This document shows, piece after piece, positions 37,624 through 48,106 of a stretch of 64,000 nt of DNA. Each line of letters opens with the position of its first letter. Position 1 is the first letter of the stretch. This DNA comes from an uncultured Flavobacterium sp. (GTDB lineage Bacteria; Bacteroidota; Bacteroidia; Flavobacteriales; Flavobacteriaceae). The notes beneath the pieces were generated by a model that was not told where the DNA came from, did not search any database, and saw nothing but the letters and a program-made list of their open reading frames with translations. The stretch is taken from the NCBI GenBank assembly GCA_964402375.1, contig CAYOCC010000007.1:8238-72237 (forward strand). The letters run 5' to 3'. The translations under genes were made by a program, and so were the position numbers.

Positions 37624-38433
37624 TTAGTTTTTCAAAGAATTTGGAATTTCACAAACCGGAATGGGTTGCATTTTATGTTGGTTTATTTGATTTAATCGTT
37701 TAAAAATTTTAAAAACTTCCGCTTGTCTTCCTTCAAAATTTTCAATAGTTTTTCCGTTTTCCATTTCGCCCATCGCCCACTCTAACTCGTCATAAGTGGC
37801 GCCTAATTGATCTTCATCACTTCTATCATCACCAAAAAGTCCATCCGTTGGTTTAGCAATTAAAATACTTTCTGGTACACCTACAAATTTAGCTAATTGT
37901 CGCACTTCACTTTTCATTAAATCTGCAATCGGACTTATATCTACACCGCCATCACCATATTTTGTGTAAAATCCTACACCAAAATCTTCTACTTTATTTC
38001 CTGTTCCTGCAACTAAAAATCCGTGAATTCCTGCTAAGTAATACAAAGTTGTCATTCGCAAACGCGCTCTAGTATTGGCTAATGTTATAGCTAAAGCTGC
38101 CTCGTTTTCAGAAGATGGGACGCTATTTTTAAATGTTTCAAAACTCGGAGTTAAATCAACTCTTTCGTTAATCACATTTGGAAAACGCTTTTTTAATTGA
38201 CTTATATGTTCGTTCGCTCTATTTACATGACTTTCTGCTTGGTGTATTGGCATTTCCACACACATTACTGGGAAACCAGTTTGTGCGCATAATGTTGAGG
38301 TTAAGGCGCTGTCAATTCCGCCAGAAATACCAATAACAAAACCTTTTACACCAGAATTTTCTGCATAAGTTTTCAACCAATTGACAATATGTGTTTGAAT
38401 TCCTACTAAATGTAGCGTTGTTTTATTTGACAT
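37624..38433 (-). CDS. nadE: NH3-dependent NAD+ synthetase
   Basis: GISGGIDS, NTRARLRM, GFYTKYGDGG; no glutaminase domain. Confidence 0.95.
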   Translation of the reverse strand: MSNKTTLHLVGIQTHIVNWLKTYAENSGVKGFVIGISGGIDSALTSTLCAQTGFPVMCVEMPIHQAESHVNRANEHISQLKKRFPNVINERVDLTPSFETFKNSVPSSENEAALAITLANTRARLRMTTLYYLAGIHGFLVAGTGNKVEDFGVGFYTKYGDGGVDISPIADLMKSEVRQLAKFVGVPESILIAKPTDGLFGDDRSDEDQLGATYDELEWAMGEMENGKTIENFEGRQAEVFKIFKRLNQINQHKMQPIPVCEIPNSLKN

Positions 38434-38512
38434 AATTTTAATAAATAATTTAGGTATATAATTATATATTTGCAGTTCAGTAATTTTTGATAAAAATAGT
38501 AAATTTCATACG

Positions 38513-39475
38513 ATGAAAAAATTAATCTTCTTGCTAATTTCAGTTTTTTGCTTCCTACAATGTAAAAAAAATGATGCCATTGAAATTGTAGATGTCAAAA
38601 AAACAATAGATTTGGATATCGAACGTTTCGATAAATCTTATGCTGCCGCCACTCCAAAAACTTTACCCGATTTAAAAAAACAATATCCATTTTTATTTCC
38701 AACGCAATTTCCAGATTCAATTTGGTATGCCAAACTAAATGATCCTATTTTTAAAGAATTAAATGTAGAAGTTACTAAACAATTTCCAGACAATACAAAA
38801 TTTGAAAGTGACATTGAAATGCTGGTTTCGCGAATTAAACATTATTTTCCTGAAGAAAAAACACCAAGAGTAATTACATTGGTTAATGAAGTTTTAATTG
38901 ATAAAAAAGCATTTTACACCAACGATTTAATCTTAATTTCTTTAGATACCTATTTAGGAAAAAATCATAAATTTTATGAACCATTTTCCGAATATCAGAA
39001 AGCCAACTTAGAACCGCATCAAATATTACCGGATTTAGTAACTAATTTTGCGTATAGAAAAATTGTGCCTTCACAAGACAAAACTTTAATTAGTGAAATG
39101 ATTTATTATGGAAAATTACATTATTTAAAAGATCTTTTACTTCCTGAAACGACTAATTATCAAAAAATTGGATATACAGAACTGCAAGAAAAATTCTGTT
39201 TAGAAAACGAATTACAAATGTGGAGCTATTTGGTTGAGGAAAAATTGCTTTACGATAACAACATAAAAAATTACCAACGATTCATTGAAGATGCTCCATT
39301 TACTAAATTCTATTTGGAAATAGATAGAGAATCACCTGGCAGAGTTGGTCAGTGGTTAGGTTGGCAAATTGTAAAAAGTTACATGGAAAATAACGAAGTA
39401 ACTTTAGACCAATTATTAAAAACAGAACCAACTGCAATTTTTAACAAATCGAAATACAAACCAAAAAAACAGTAA
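38513..39475 (+). CDS. gldB: Gliding motility lipoprotein GldB
   Basis: Lipoprotein signal; IERFD, ISLDTYLG, APFTKFYLEID.ESPGRVGQWLGWQIV; directly upstream of gldC. Confidence 0.9.
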   Translation: MKKLIFLLISVFCFLQCKKNDAIEIVDVKKTIDLDIERFDKSYAAATPKTLPDLKKQYPFLFPTQFPDSIWYAKLNDPIFKELNVEVTKQFPDNTKFESDIEMLVSRIKHYFPEEKTPRVITLVNEVLIDKKAFYTNDLILISLDTYLGKNHKFYEPFSEYQKANLEPHQILPDLVTNFAYRKIVPSQDKTLISEMIYYGKLHYLKDLLLPETTNYQKIGYTELQEKFCLENELQMWSYLVEEKLLYDNNIKNYQRFIEDAPFTKFYLEIDRESPGRVGQWLGWQIVKSYMENNEVTLDQLLKTEPTAIFNKSKYKPKKQ

Positions 39476-39520
39476 GTAAAGTACTATTATTTTTCATATT
39501 AAACCTTTTACCTAATAAAA

Positions 39521-39853
39521 ATGAGCAAAACATCAGAAATAAAAGTAATTATAGACTTAGACCAAAATAATGTCCCTGAAAAATTAACTTGGTCAGCTCA
39601 AGACGGCGGAGTTAATAACGAAGAAGCCAAAACGGTTTTATTATCCATTTGGGATGCAAAAGCAAAAGAAACCCTTCGTATTGATTTATGGACAAAAGAT
39701 ATGCCAGTTGATGAAATGAAAATATTTTTCCATCAAACCTTAGTAGCCATGACGGATACTTTTCAACGTGCTACTGGCGATGAAAAAATGGCGGGCGCAA
39801 TGACAGATTTCTGTGATTACTTTGCCGAAAAACTCGAATTAAAGAAAGAATAA
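39521..39853 (+). CDS. gldC: Gliding motility protein GldC
   Basis: LDQNNVPEKL.W.A.DG, LRIDLWTKDMPVDEMK.FFHQTL. Confidence 0.92.
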   Translation: MSKTSEIKVIIDLDQNNVPEKLTWSAQDGGVNNEEAKTVLLSIWDAKAKETLRIDLWTKDMPVDEMKIFFHQTLVAMTDTFQRATGDEKMAGAMTDFCDYFAEKLELKKE

Positions 39854-39869
39854 ATTTTTGAATGACATT

Positions 39870-39896
39870 AAAAGCCATCTCTACGATGGTTTTTTT
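39870..39896 (+). terminator. Intrinsic terminator after gldBC
   Basis: AAAAGCCATC-TCTAC-GATGGTTTTTTT. Confidence 0.75.
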
Positions 39897-39914
39897 GTGT
39901 AATTTTCATAAATT

Positions 39915-39957
39915 ATAGTTAAACTATCACAACATAATAGTATTACTATTATATTTG
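39915..39957 (+). promoter_or_regulatory. Promoter with twin palindromic operator (putative TetR sites)
   Basis: ATAGT-N3-ACTAT at 39915-39927 and 39937-39949; TATATTTG -7 box at 39950-39957. Confidence 0.7.
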
Positions 39958-39976
39958 CATAATAAATTATTAATCT

Positions 39977-40648
39977 ATGCAAGATTTATTAGCGAATATA
40001 AAAATACAAGTCAATCCAAAAACGTATGTAAAAGATCCTGAAACGTCTGATTTAGGAAAAAAAATTATTCTAAATAGTATTTTACTTATAGACGAAATTG
40101 GTTTTGAAGAATTTACCTTTAAAAAGTTAGGTGAAAAAATTGGTTCTAACGAAAGTTCTATTTACCGATATTTTGAAAACAAACATAAATTATTGGTGTA
40201 TTTATCTTCATGGTATTGGGCTTGGATAGAATATCGCTTGGTATTTTCTACAAACAATATCAATGATAAATTTGAAAAACTTAAAAAAGCCATAATAATT
40301 GTTACAGAGTCAATAGAGGATGATAGCAATACAGAACATATTAACGAAGCCGTCTTAAACAAAATTATAATTGAAGAATTTACAAAAACACTATATAGTA
40401 AGAACGTTGACGAAGAAAACAAAGAAGGCATTTTCTTAATCTACAAACAAGTTAATTATAGAATTGAAAAAATGATTTTAGAGGTTAATCCTAACTACCC
40501 TTATGCAAAAAGCTTGGTTTCCTCTATAATTGAAGGGTCTTTACACCAGCATTTTCTAAAAAATCATTTAAAAACAATTACAAATTGTAATGAAGAAATA
40601 AATCCATCTGAATTTTATATACATTTAATTGAAAACCTTTTAAGATGA
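39977..40648 (+). CDS. TetR/AcrR family transcriptional regulator
   Basis: GFEEFTFKKLGEKIGSNESSIYRYFENK HTH. Confidence 0.9.
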   Translation: MQDLLANIKIQVNPKTYVKDPETSDLGKKIILNSILLIDEIGFEEFTFKKLGEKIGSNESSIYRYFENKHKLLVYLSSWYWAWIEYRLVFSTNNINDKFEKLKKAIIIVTESIEDDSNTEHINEAVLNKIIIEEFTKTLYSKNVDEENKEGIFLIYKQVNYRIEKMILEVNPNYPYAKSLVSSIIEGSLHQHFLKNHLKTITNCNEEINPSEFYIHLIENLLR

Positions 40649-42318
40649 AAAATTTAACACCACTAAAACGATACTTCAATCTTTTACGATTAGATAAAAA
40701 AGATATAGTCCAAATATTTTCTTACGCCATTTTTTCGGGTTTAATTAGTTTATCATTACCCTTAGGAATTCAGGCTATAATTAATTTTATTCAAGCAGGA
40801 AGAATTAGTGTGTCATGGATAGTATTAGTAGTTTTGGTAGTAATAGGTGTAATTTTTGCAGGAATTTTATCCTTAATGCAATTGCGTATTTCAGAAAATT
40901 TACAACAAAAAATCTTCATACGTTCTGCATTTGAATTTGCATACAGAATTCCGAAGTTAAAATTTAATGAAATTCATAATTCGCAAACTTCTGAGTTGGC
41001 AAATCGATTTTTTGATACTATTTCTATTCAAAAAGGAACTTCAAAATTATTAATTGATTTTTCTTCTGCGTTTTTACAAATATTTTTTGGTATTATTTTG
41101 CTTTCTTTATACCACCAGTTTTTTATTTTATTCGGAATTTTTCTGGCAATATTATTGTATTTAATTTTCAAATTTTCATACCAATCAGGATTACAAACAA
41201 GTTTAAAAGAATCTAAATCGAAATACAAAGTAGCCAACTGGTTATTAGAATTAGCTAAAAATAATTTTAGTTTTAAAAATCCAAATCATCTTGAATTTGC
41301 TTTAGAAAAGAACAATAGTTTAGTAACAAAATATTTAGGTTACAGAGAAAAACATTTTAGTGTAATAAAAAGACAATTTTCGCAACTATTAATTTTTAAA
41401 GCATTAATTACTTCGAGTTTACTTCTTATTGGCGGATTTTTAGTAATCAATCAGCAAATGAATATCGGGCAATTTGTGGCTGCAGAAATTATTATTTTAT
41501 TGGTAATTAATTCTGTTGAAAAAATAATTTTAGGTTTAGAAACATTTTACGATGTGCTAACTTCTGTTGAAAAAATTGGACAAATCACCGATTTAGAGCT
41601 AGAACCTACAGATGAATCTTCAATTGAAAATAATTCTTGTTTTTCTAATTTATCTATTACTTTGGAAAATGTTGAATTTAAATTTGAGTTTGAAAATGAA
41701 AATGTATTAGAAAATATTGACCTAGAAATAAATCAAGGAGAAAGAATTATAATTGAAGGAGAAAACGGTTCGGGAAAAACAACTTTAATTAGATTATTAA
41801 GTGGTTTATTACAACCAACAAAAGGTCATTTTATTATCAATGACGATACTTACAACAAAGTAAACATAAACGATTACCGCAAACATTTTGGAAGTATTTT
41901 ATATGGCGAATCGCTATTTGAAGGTACAATTTTAGACAATATTACATTTAATCAAAAAATAGAAAACAGTGTGTTAAAATGGGCTTTAGACGGTGTAGAT
42001 TTAACCTCATTTATTAAAACATTGCCTTTAGGATTGCAAACACCAATTTCATCTGATGGTAAACAACTTTCTTCATCAAATATGCAAAAAATATTAATTG
42101 CAAGAAGTATTATAAATCAACCAAGAATTTTATTTTTTGAAAATGCATTAGACAAAACAGATACAGAAACAGCCAAAAAAATAATTGATTTCTTGTTGCA
42201 TAAAGATCAAAAATGGACCATAATAGCCGTTTCTAAAAATGCTCATTTTAAAGAAAAATGCAGCCGAGTTATCACCTTAAGTGAAGGTAAAATTAGTAAC
42301 GATATAAAAAAAATATAA
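40645..42318 (+). CDS. ABC transporter permease/ATPase (T1SS-like, degenerate NBD)
   Basis: N-terminal TM domain plus Walker A GENGSGKTT; signature LSSSN, Walker B ILFFEN. Confidence 0.88.
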   Translation: MKNLTPLKRYFNLLRLDKKDIVQIFSYAIFSGLISLSLPLGIQAIINFIQAGRISVSWIVLVVLVVIGVIFAGILSLMQLRISENLQQKIFIRSAFEFAYRIPKLKFNEIHNSQTSELANRFFDTISIQKGTSKLLIDFSSAFLQIFFGIILLSLYHQFFILFGIFLAILLYLIFKFSYQSGLQTSLKESKSKYKVANWLLELAKNNFSFKNPNHLEFALEKNNSLVTKYLGYREKHFSVIKRQFSQLLIFKALITSSLLLIGGFLVINQQMNIGQFVAAEIIILLVINSVEKIILGLETFYDVLTSVEKIGQITDLELEPTDESSIENNSCFSNLSITLENVEFKFEFENENVLENIDLEINQGERIIIEGENGSGKTTLIRLLSGLLQPTKGHFIINDDTYNKVNINDYRKHFGSILYGESLFEGTILDNITFNQKIENSVLKWALDGVDLTSFIKTLPLGLQTPISSDGKQLSSSNMQKILIARSIINQPRILFFENALDKTDTETAKKIIDFLLHKDQKWTIIAVSKNAHFKEKCSRVITLSEGKISNDIKKI

Positions 42319-42320
42319 TT

Positions 42321-43679
42321 ATGCTAAATATTTCAAATAAAAACAGCATTCCAGTTTCTAATTTAGAAAAACATAGTGCCGTACAACAACTTAGCAATAG
42401 CAAGCATTATAAAATACTGAACAAAATATTAGTTATTTTTTCAGTAATATGTGTAATTGTTATATTCTTACCATGGACACAAAACATATCGGGTTCTGGT
42501 GCGGTAACAACTTTAAAACCAAATCAACGTCCTCAAACCATCCAATCCTTAATTTCAGGAAGAATTGAAAAATGGTATGTTAATGAAGGTGATTATGTTG
42601 AAAAAGGCGATACTATATTATTTATATCGGAAATTAAAGAAGATTATTTAGATCCAAATTTGGTTGCGAACACAAAAAATCAAAGAGATGCAAAAGCAGA
42701 TGCCGTATCTTCATATGAAGGGAAAGTTGGTGCATTAGACTCGCAAATGAGCGCTATAAATAATGAAAGAAATTTAAAATCAAAACAAGCCAAAAACAAA
42801 ATAAAACAAGCTATTCTGAAAATAAAGAGCGATAGTATGGATTTAGAAGCCATAAAAACTCAAATAAAAATTGCCAACACGCAATTTAAACGTGCGGTTC
42901 AACTAAATAAAGAAGGCCTAAAACCATTAACTGATGTAGAAGAAAAACGATTAAAACTTCAAGAAATTGAAGCTAAAATTATCACACAAGAAAACAAATT
43001 ATTAAGTAGTGAAAATGAATTGTTAAATGCGAGAGTTGAAATAAATAGAATTAATGCAGAATATTCTGAGAAATACTCAAAAGCCCAAAGTGATCAATTT
43101 ACGGCACAAAGCAATAAATTTGATACAAAAGCGCAAGTAAACAAACTGGAAAATCAATATCAAAATTACAAGATAAGAAACGGAATGTATTACATAACTG
43201 CACCACAAAATGGTTATGTGAACCGAGCATTAAAATCTGGATTAGGTGAAAATATTAAAGAAGGTACACCAATTGTAAGCATAATGCCCGCAAAATATGA
43301 CATTGCAGTAGAAACGTATGTTTCACCAAATGATTTTCCATTAATTCAAAAAGGTGAAAAAGTACGAATTTGGTTTGATGGATGGCCAACAATAGTCTTT
43401 TCAGGATGGCCAAATTTATCTTACGGAACTTTTGGAGGAAAAATTGTTGCTATTGAAAACTTTATTTCAGATAATGGAAAATACCGAATTTTAATTGCAC
43501 CAGATGAAGACGACAAACACAAATGGCCGAAACAATTAAGCATAGGTTCTGGAGCACAAACTATGGCGTTATTAAATGAAGTTCCTATTTGGTTCGAAGT
43601 ATGGCGAACGCTTAATGGATTTCCACCAAACTATTACAAAACAACTAAAGAAAAAAGTAAAGATGTTTCTGAAAAATAA
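42321..43679 (+). CDS. HlyD-family membrane fusion protein
   Basis: N-terminal TM, lipoyl-like halves (GRIEKWYVNEGDYVEKGD; ITAPQNG), long coiled coil. Confidence 0.9.
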   Translation: MLNISNKNSIPVSNLEKHSAVQQLSNSKHYKILNKILVIFSVICVIVIFLPWTQNISGSGAVTTLKPNQRPQTIQSLISGRIEKWYVNEGDYVEKGDTILFISEIKEDYLDPNLVANTKNQRDAKADAVSSYEGKVGALDSQMSAINNERNLKSKQAKNKIKQAILKIKSDSMDLEAIKTQIKIANTQFKRAVQLNKEGLKPLTDVEEKRLKLQEIEAKIITQENKLLSSENELLNARVEINRINAEYSEKYSKAQSDQFTAQSNKFDTKAQVNKLENQYQNYKIRNGMYYITAPQNGYVNRALKSGLGENIKEGTPIVSIMPAKYDIAVETYVSPNDFPLIQKGEKVRIWFDGWPTIVFSGWPNLSYGTFGGKIVAIENFISDNGKYRILIAPDEDDKHKWPKQLSIGSGAQTMALLNEVPIWFEVWRTLNGFPPNYYKTTKEKSKDVSEK

Positions 43680-43686
43680 CACAAAA

Positions 43687-45069
43687 ATGAAGACCTTTTA
43701 TTTATTATTCTTTTTCGCTGTTAATTTTGTAAATGCTCAAGTAACCAGAGAAATGTCCTTTAATGAGTATTTAGGAATGGTGAAAAAATTTCATCCTTTA
43801 GTGAAAATTGCAGATTTGGAAATTTCGCAAGCACAAGCCAATTTATTAATGGCTCGAGGTGCTTTTGATCCAAAATTAGAAGCTGATTTTAACAATAAAG
43901 AATTCGGTGATAAAAAATATTATTCCGGTTTTAATGGTGGTTTTAAAATTCCAACTTGGTACGGAATTGAATTTCAAGGAGGTTTTGAAAGTAATAATGG
44001 TACTTTTCTAAATCCAGAAAATAATACGCCAACAGATGGTTTAAATTACGCTGGAATCTCCATTCCGATTTTACAAGGTTTTCTTATTAATCAAAGAATG
44101 GCCGATTTACGAAAAGCAAAAATAAACGTTAATTTGAGTGTGGCTGAAAGAAAATTACAAGCCATACATATTTTGCACCAAGCAGCTATTTCCTATTTTA
44201 ATTGGAAAAAAAATTATGAAGAATTCACATTATACGATACCTATCTTAAAAATGCTGAAATTAGATTAAAAGGAATTAAAACCTTAATTGAACAAGGCGA
44301 TAAAGCTGCAATTGACAGTGTGGAAGCAAATATTATTGTAAAAAACAGACAATTAAACAAAGAAGACGCACTACTAAAACTTACGAAAGCACGTTTAGAA
44401 TTATCTAATTTTTTGTGGACAACCAATGCTGTTCCAATTGAATTAGAAGAAAATATGTATCCAGAAATAAATTTATTTAAAAATATTCAGGAGTATTTAA
44501 ACACAAATGAATTGAACTTAATAAATTTTCAAACAGAAAATCATCCTAAAATAAATGCTATCAATTATAAGATTAATATGCTTGAAGTAGACAGAAAATT
44601 AAAGGCAAATCAATTACTACCAAAAGTAGATTTGGGCTATAATTATTTGTCAAACCCAAACCAATTTCAAGAATTTCGATTTCAAGATTATAAATTTGGA
44701 GTAAATTTTGCTATACCACTTTTTTTAAGAAAAGAACGCGGAAGCTTAAAATTAACCAAACAAAAAATCGAATCAGAAAAATTTGGATTAAGTTTTGAAA
44801 AGGAACAATTAATGAATAAAATTGATTCGCAAAAAGCTGAAATAGAATCTTTAATAAGACAAGAAAATTTAATTACAGACTTGGTAAAAGACAATTCAAC
44901 ATTATTAAATTCCGAGGAAAGACTTTTTACGATGGGAGAAAGTTCGTTGTTTTTAATTAATACTCGTGAAAATAATTTGGTTGTAGCACAATTATCAAAA
45001 ATTTCAATTGAAAACAGGTTTTACGTTTCCAATGCCGATTTGTTTAAAACAATAGCAAATCCAGATTAA
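43687..45069 (+). CDS. TolC family outer-membrane efflux protein
   Basis: Start re-assigned to ATG 43687 (signal MKTFYLLFFFAVNFVNA); HP..., ARGAFDP, LLPKVDL, GESSLFLIN.RE. Confidence 0.88.
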   Translation: MKTFYLLFFFAVNFVNAQVTREMSFNEYLGMVKKFHPLVKIADLEISQAQANLLMARGAFDPKLEADFNNKEFGDKKYYSGFNGGFKIPTWYGIEFQGGFESNNGTFLNPENNTPTDGLNYAGISIPILQGFLINQRMADLRKAKINVNLSVAERKLQAIHILHQAAISYFNWKKNYEEFTLYDTYLKNAEIRLKGIKTLIEQGDKAAIDSVEANIIVKNRQLNKEDALLKLTKARLELSNFLWTTNAVPIELEENMYPEINLFKNIQEYLNTNELNLINFQTENHPKINAINYKINMLEVDRKLKANQLLPKVDLGYNYLSNPNQFQEFRFQDYKFGVNFAIPLFLRKERGSLKLTKQKIESEKFGLSFEKEQLMNKIDSQKAEIESLIRQENLITDLVKDNSTLLNSEERLFTMGESSLFLINTRENNLVVAQLSKISIENRFYVSNADLFKTIANPD

Positions 45070-45101
45070 TTTTTTACTTTTGCATTCTTAATATCAAGAA
45101 G

Positions 45102-45920
45102 ATGATTATTATAAAAACCGCAGAAGAAATAGAATTAATGCGCGAAAGTGCTCTAATTGTTTCCAAAACTTTAGGCATGATTGCAAAGGAAATAAAACCC
45201 GGAGTTACCACACTACATTTAGATAAATTAGCAGAACAATTTATTCGCGACCACGGCGCAGAACCAGCATTTAAAGGTATGTATGGTTTTCCAAATTCGT
45301 TGTGTATGAGCCCAAATACTCAAGTAGTTCATGGTATTCCAAACAATAATCCTTTACAAGATGGCGACATTATTTCAGTAGATTGCGGCACCTTAAAAAA
45401 CGGATTTTACGGAGACCACGCTTATACTTTTGAAGTGGGAGATGTGGCTGAGGCAACCAAAAAACTACTTCAAATTACCAAAGAATCCTTATATATAGGC
45501 ATTAGAGAAACAAAAGTAGGCAATCGTGTGGAAGATATTGGATATGCCATTCAAACGTATTGTGAAAGTCATGGTTATGGTGTAGTTCGTGAATTATGCG
45601 GACATGGTTTAGGAAGAAAAATGCACGAAGAGCCAGAAGTGGCAAATTATGGCAAACGTGGGCATGGAAAAAAATTAGTCAACGGAATGGTAATTGCCAT
45701 CGAACCAATGATAAATTTAGGTACCAAAAACATCGTTCAACACAAAGATGGATGGACAATCACAACAGCCGACAACAAACCTTCCGCGCACTTTGAGCAT
45801 GATGTAGCCATAGTCAACGGAAAACCAGAATTACTATCTACATTCGCTTATATTTATGAAGCGCTTGGAATAATAAGTAACGAAGAAGATGGTTTGAGAA
45901 GTATACCGTTAGTATTATAA
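45102..45920 (+). CDS. map: Methionine aminopeptidase type I
   Basis: VVHGIP, DCG..GFYGD, GHGLG..MHEEP, IEPM, AHFEH. Confidence 0.96.
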   Translation: MIIIKTAEEIELMRESALIVSKTLGMIAKEIKPGVTTLHLDKLAEQFIRDHGAEPAFKGMYGFPNSLCMSPNTQVVHGIPNNNPLQDGDIISVDCGTLKNGFYGDHAYTFEVGDVAEATKKLLQITKESLYIGIRETKVGNRVEDIGYAIQTYCESHGYGVVRELCGHGLGRKMHEEPEVANYGKRGHGKKLVNGMVIAIEPMINLGTKNIVQHKDGWTITTADNKPSAHFEHDVAIVNGKPELLSTFAYIYEALGIISNEEDGLRSIPLVL

Positions 45921-45988
45921 AAGTTTACTTAGATTAAAAACATTAAATTGTGTCATAACTCTTGAAGAGTTCAACATAAAAATAAAAA

Positions 45989-46759
45989 ATGAAAAAAATA
46001 TTCAAATTTATCCTAAATACCATTCCACGTCCTATCTTAATTAGATTGAGTATTGTGGCACGACCAATTATCGCGTTTTTTTTAAAGGGAAACAAATTTA
46101 CGGATCCAATTGATGGTAACAGTTTCAAGATGTTTTTGCCTTACGGTTACGGAACTCAAAGAAACAACGTATTATCTCCTAGTACTTTATCTTTAGAAAG
46201 ACACCGTTTGTTATGGTTGTATCTTCAAAATGAAACCAACTTTTTCAAGTCAACAGAAAAAATAAAAGTGTTACATTTTGCACCTGAACAAGAATTTTAC
46301 AAACGTTTTAAAAAACAAGCTAATTTAGATTACACTACAACCGATTTACTTTCGCCATTGGCTGATGTAAAAGCAGATATTTGTAATTTACCGTTTCAAG
46401 ATGATACATACGACATTATTTTGTGTAACCACGTTTTAGAACACATTCCTGATGACACAAAGGCGATGCAAGAATTGTACAGAGTTATGAAACCCGGCGG
46501 AATGGGAATTTTTCAAATTCCACAAGACTTAAAAAGAGCGGTTACGTTTTCAGATGATACGATTACCGATCAAAAAGAGCGAGCTAAAATTTTTGGGCAA
46601 TATGATCACGTTCGCGTATATGGAAGAGATTATTTTGACAAATTAAGAAGCATTGGTTTCCGTGTAGAAGAAGTAGATTATACAAACACAATACCTGAAG
46701 ATTTGGTAGAAAAATTTTGTTTGGCAAAAGGCGAAATTATTCCTGTAGTTTATAAATAA
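45989..46759 (+). CDS. Class I SAM-dependent methyltransferase
   Basis: VLHFAPE, ADICNLPF, NHVLEH, RVMKPGG. Confidence 0.85.
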   Translation: MKKIFKFILNTIPRPILIRLSIVARPIIAFFLKGNKFTDPIDGNSFKMFLPYGYGTQRNNVLSPSTLSLERHRLLWLYLQNETNFFKSTEKIKVLHFAPEQEFYKRFKKQANLDYTTTDLLSPLADVKADICNLPFQDDTYDIILCNHVLEHIPDDTKAMQELYRVMKPGGMGIFQIPQDLKRAVTFSDDTITDQKERAKIFGQYDHVRVYGRDYFDKLRSIGFRVEEVDYTNTIPEDLVEKFCLAKGEIIPVVYK

Positions 46760-46807
46760 TTATATTTAGATTAGTTTTTATATCTTTATGAATTGAAAAT
46801 AAAATCT

Positions 46808-48049
46808 ATGAAGCAATTATTAAAAATCTTTATCTTTTTTGCTGCCACTTTCGTGTTTTCGCAAGAAAAAGAAGTCGTACCACCATACAATATAAAAACG
46901 GTTACTTTTACGCAAAATACAAACAATACAATTCCGTTTTTTAGATTAGGTGAAAATTTCGATTTGCAATTTGATGATTTATATGGTAACGAAGCGGATT
47001 ATTTTTATACAATTGAACAATATAATTACGATTGGACACCAAGTCAATTGCTTAAAAATGAATATTTAAATGGGTTAGACAACCAACGCATTCAAAATTA
47101 TCAAAACTCGCTAAATTGTTTGCAAATTTATTCTCATTACACGTTGAGTTTTCCAAATAAATTTAACCAAATTATTAAAAGCGGGAATTATATTGTAAAA
47201 ATTTTCGATGAAGATCAAGAAATTGTGTTTTCAAAAAAATTCATTATTTATGAAGACGATACCGCTGTTGGCATAACTATCAGACGTTCTCGTGATATGG
47301 AAACAATGAATAAAAAACAAAATATTGAGTTTTTTATCGATTATAAAGACAAACCATTACAAAACCCGAAGGAAAACGTAAAAGTTTCTATTTTTCAAAA
47401 TGGAAAATTAAATTCGGCTATTCATAATATCAAACCACAATATACTATTGGCACACAGCTTATTTACAGATACAACAAAGAAACCCAATTTTGGGCAGGA
47501 AATGAATTTTTAAATTTCGAAAATAAAAATATTCGTGGCGCTTCTAACTCAGTTTTTAAAGTGACTTCTGGAGATGTTTACAATACCATTTTATTCACAA
47601 ACGAAGAAAGAAAAAATAGAGTTTACACTTATTTTCCTGATGTTAATGGTAACTTTTTTGTAAATAATTTGAATGCCACGCAAAATACGATTGAAGCCGA
47701 CTATAGTTGGGTTTACTTTGGTTTGGCTACTGATATAAATCCGTTAGAAAAAGCAATTTATATTACTGGAATGTTTAACAATTATCAAATTTCAGATGAA
47801 TTCAAAATGGAATATAATTCGGAAACCAAAACGTTTGAAAAACCTATTTTGTTAAAACAAGGATTTACCAATTACCAATACACTTTAGTAGATAAAAACG
47901 GAAAAATTGATGAACAAAATGCCATTGACGGAAATTTTTATCTAACAGAAAACGATTATATTGTTTTAGTATATTACCGAGGTGGCGCTGAACGTTACGA
48001 CAGAATTATAGGTATTGGAAGAGCCAATAGTACTGATATTAAAAATTAA
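46808..48049 (+). CDS. T9SS plug protein-like (DUF5103)
   Basis: Signal peptide; FDDL, YSHY..FP, SGNY, GNEF..F, LLKQGF.NYQY, GNFY.TENDY pattern recalled for DUF5103; start re-assigned to 46808. Confidence 0.75.
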   Translation: MKQLLKIFIFFAATFVFSQEKEVVPPYNIKTVTFTQNTNNTIPFFRLGENFDLQFDDLYGNEADYFYTIEQYNYDWTPSQLLKNEYLNGLDNQRIQNYQNSLNCLQIYSHYTLSFPNKFNQIIKSGNYIVKIFDEDQEIVFSKKFIIYEDDTAVGITIRRSRDMETMNKKQNIEFFIDYKDKPLQNPKENVKVSIFQNGKLNSAIHNIKPQYTIGTQLIYRYNKETQFWAGNEFLNFENKNIRGASNSVFKVTSGDVYNTILFTNEERKNRVYTYFPDVNGNFFVNNLNATQNTIEADYSWVYFGLATDINPLEKAIYITGMFNNYQISDEFKMEYNSETKTFEKPILLKQGFTNYQYTLVDKNGKIDEQNAIDGNFYLTENDYIVLVYYRGGAERYDRIIGIGRANSTDIKN

Positions 48050-48106
48050 TTTATTTGCCAAAAATTTACAGCTTTTTAAACCTTCAGATTTAACAAAATA
48101 TTCAAT

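Noticed and set aside
43576-43686. N-terminal extension of TolC overlapping the MFP gene
   Set aside because: Signal peptide begins at ATG 43687
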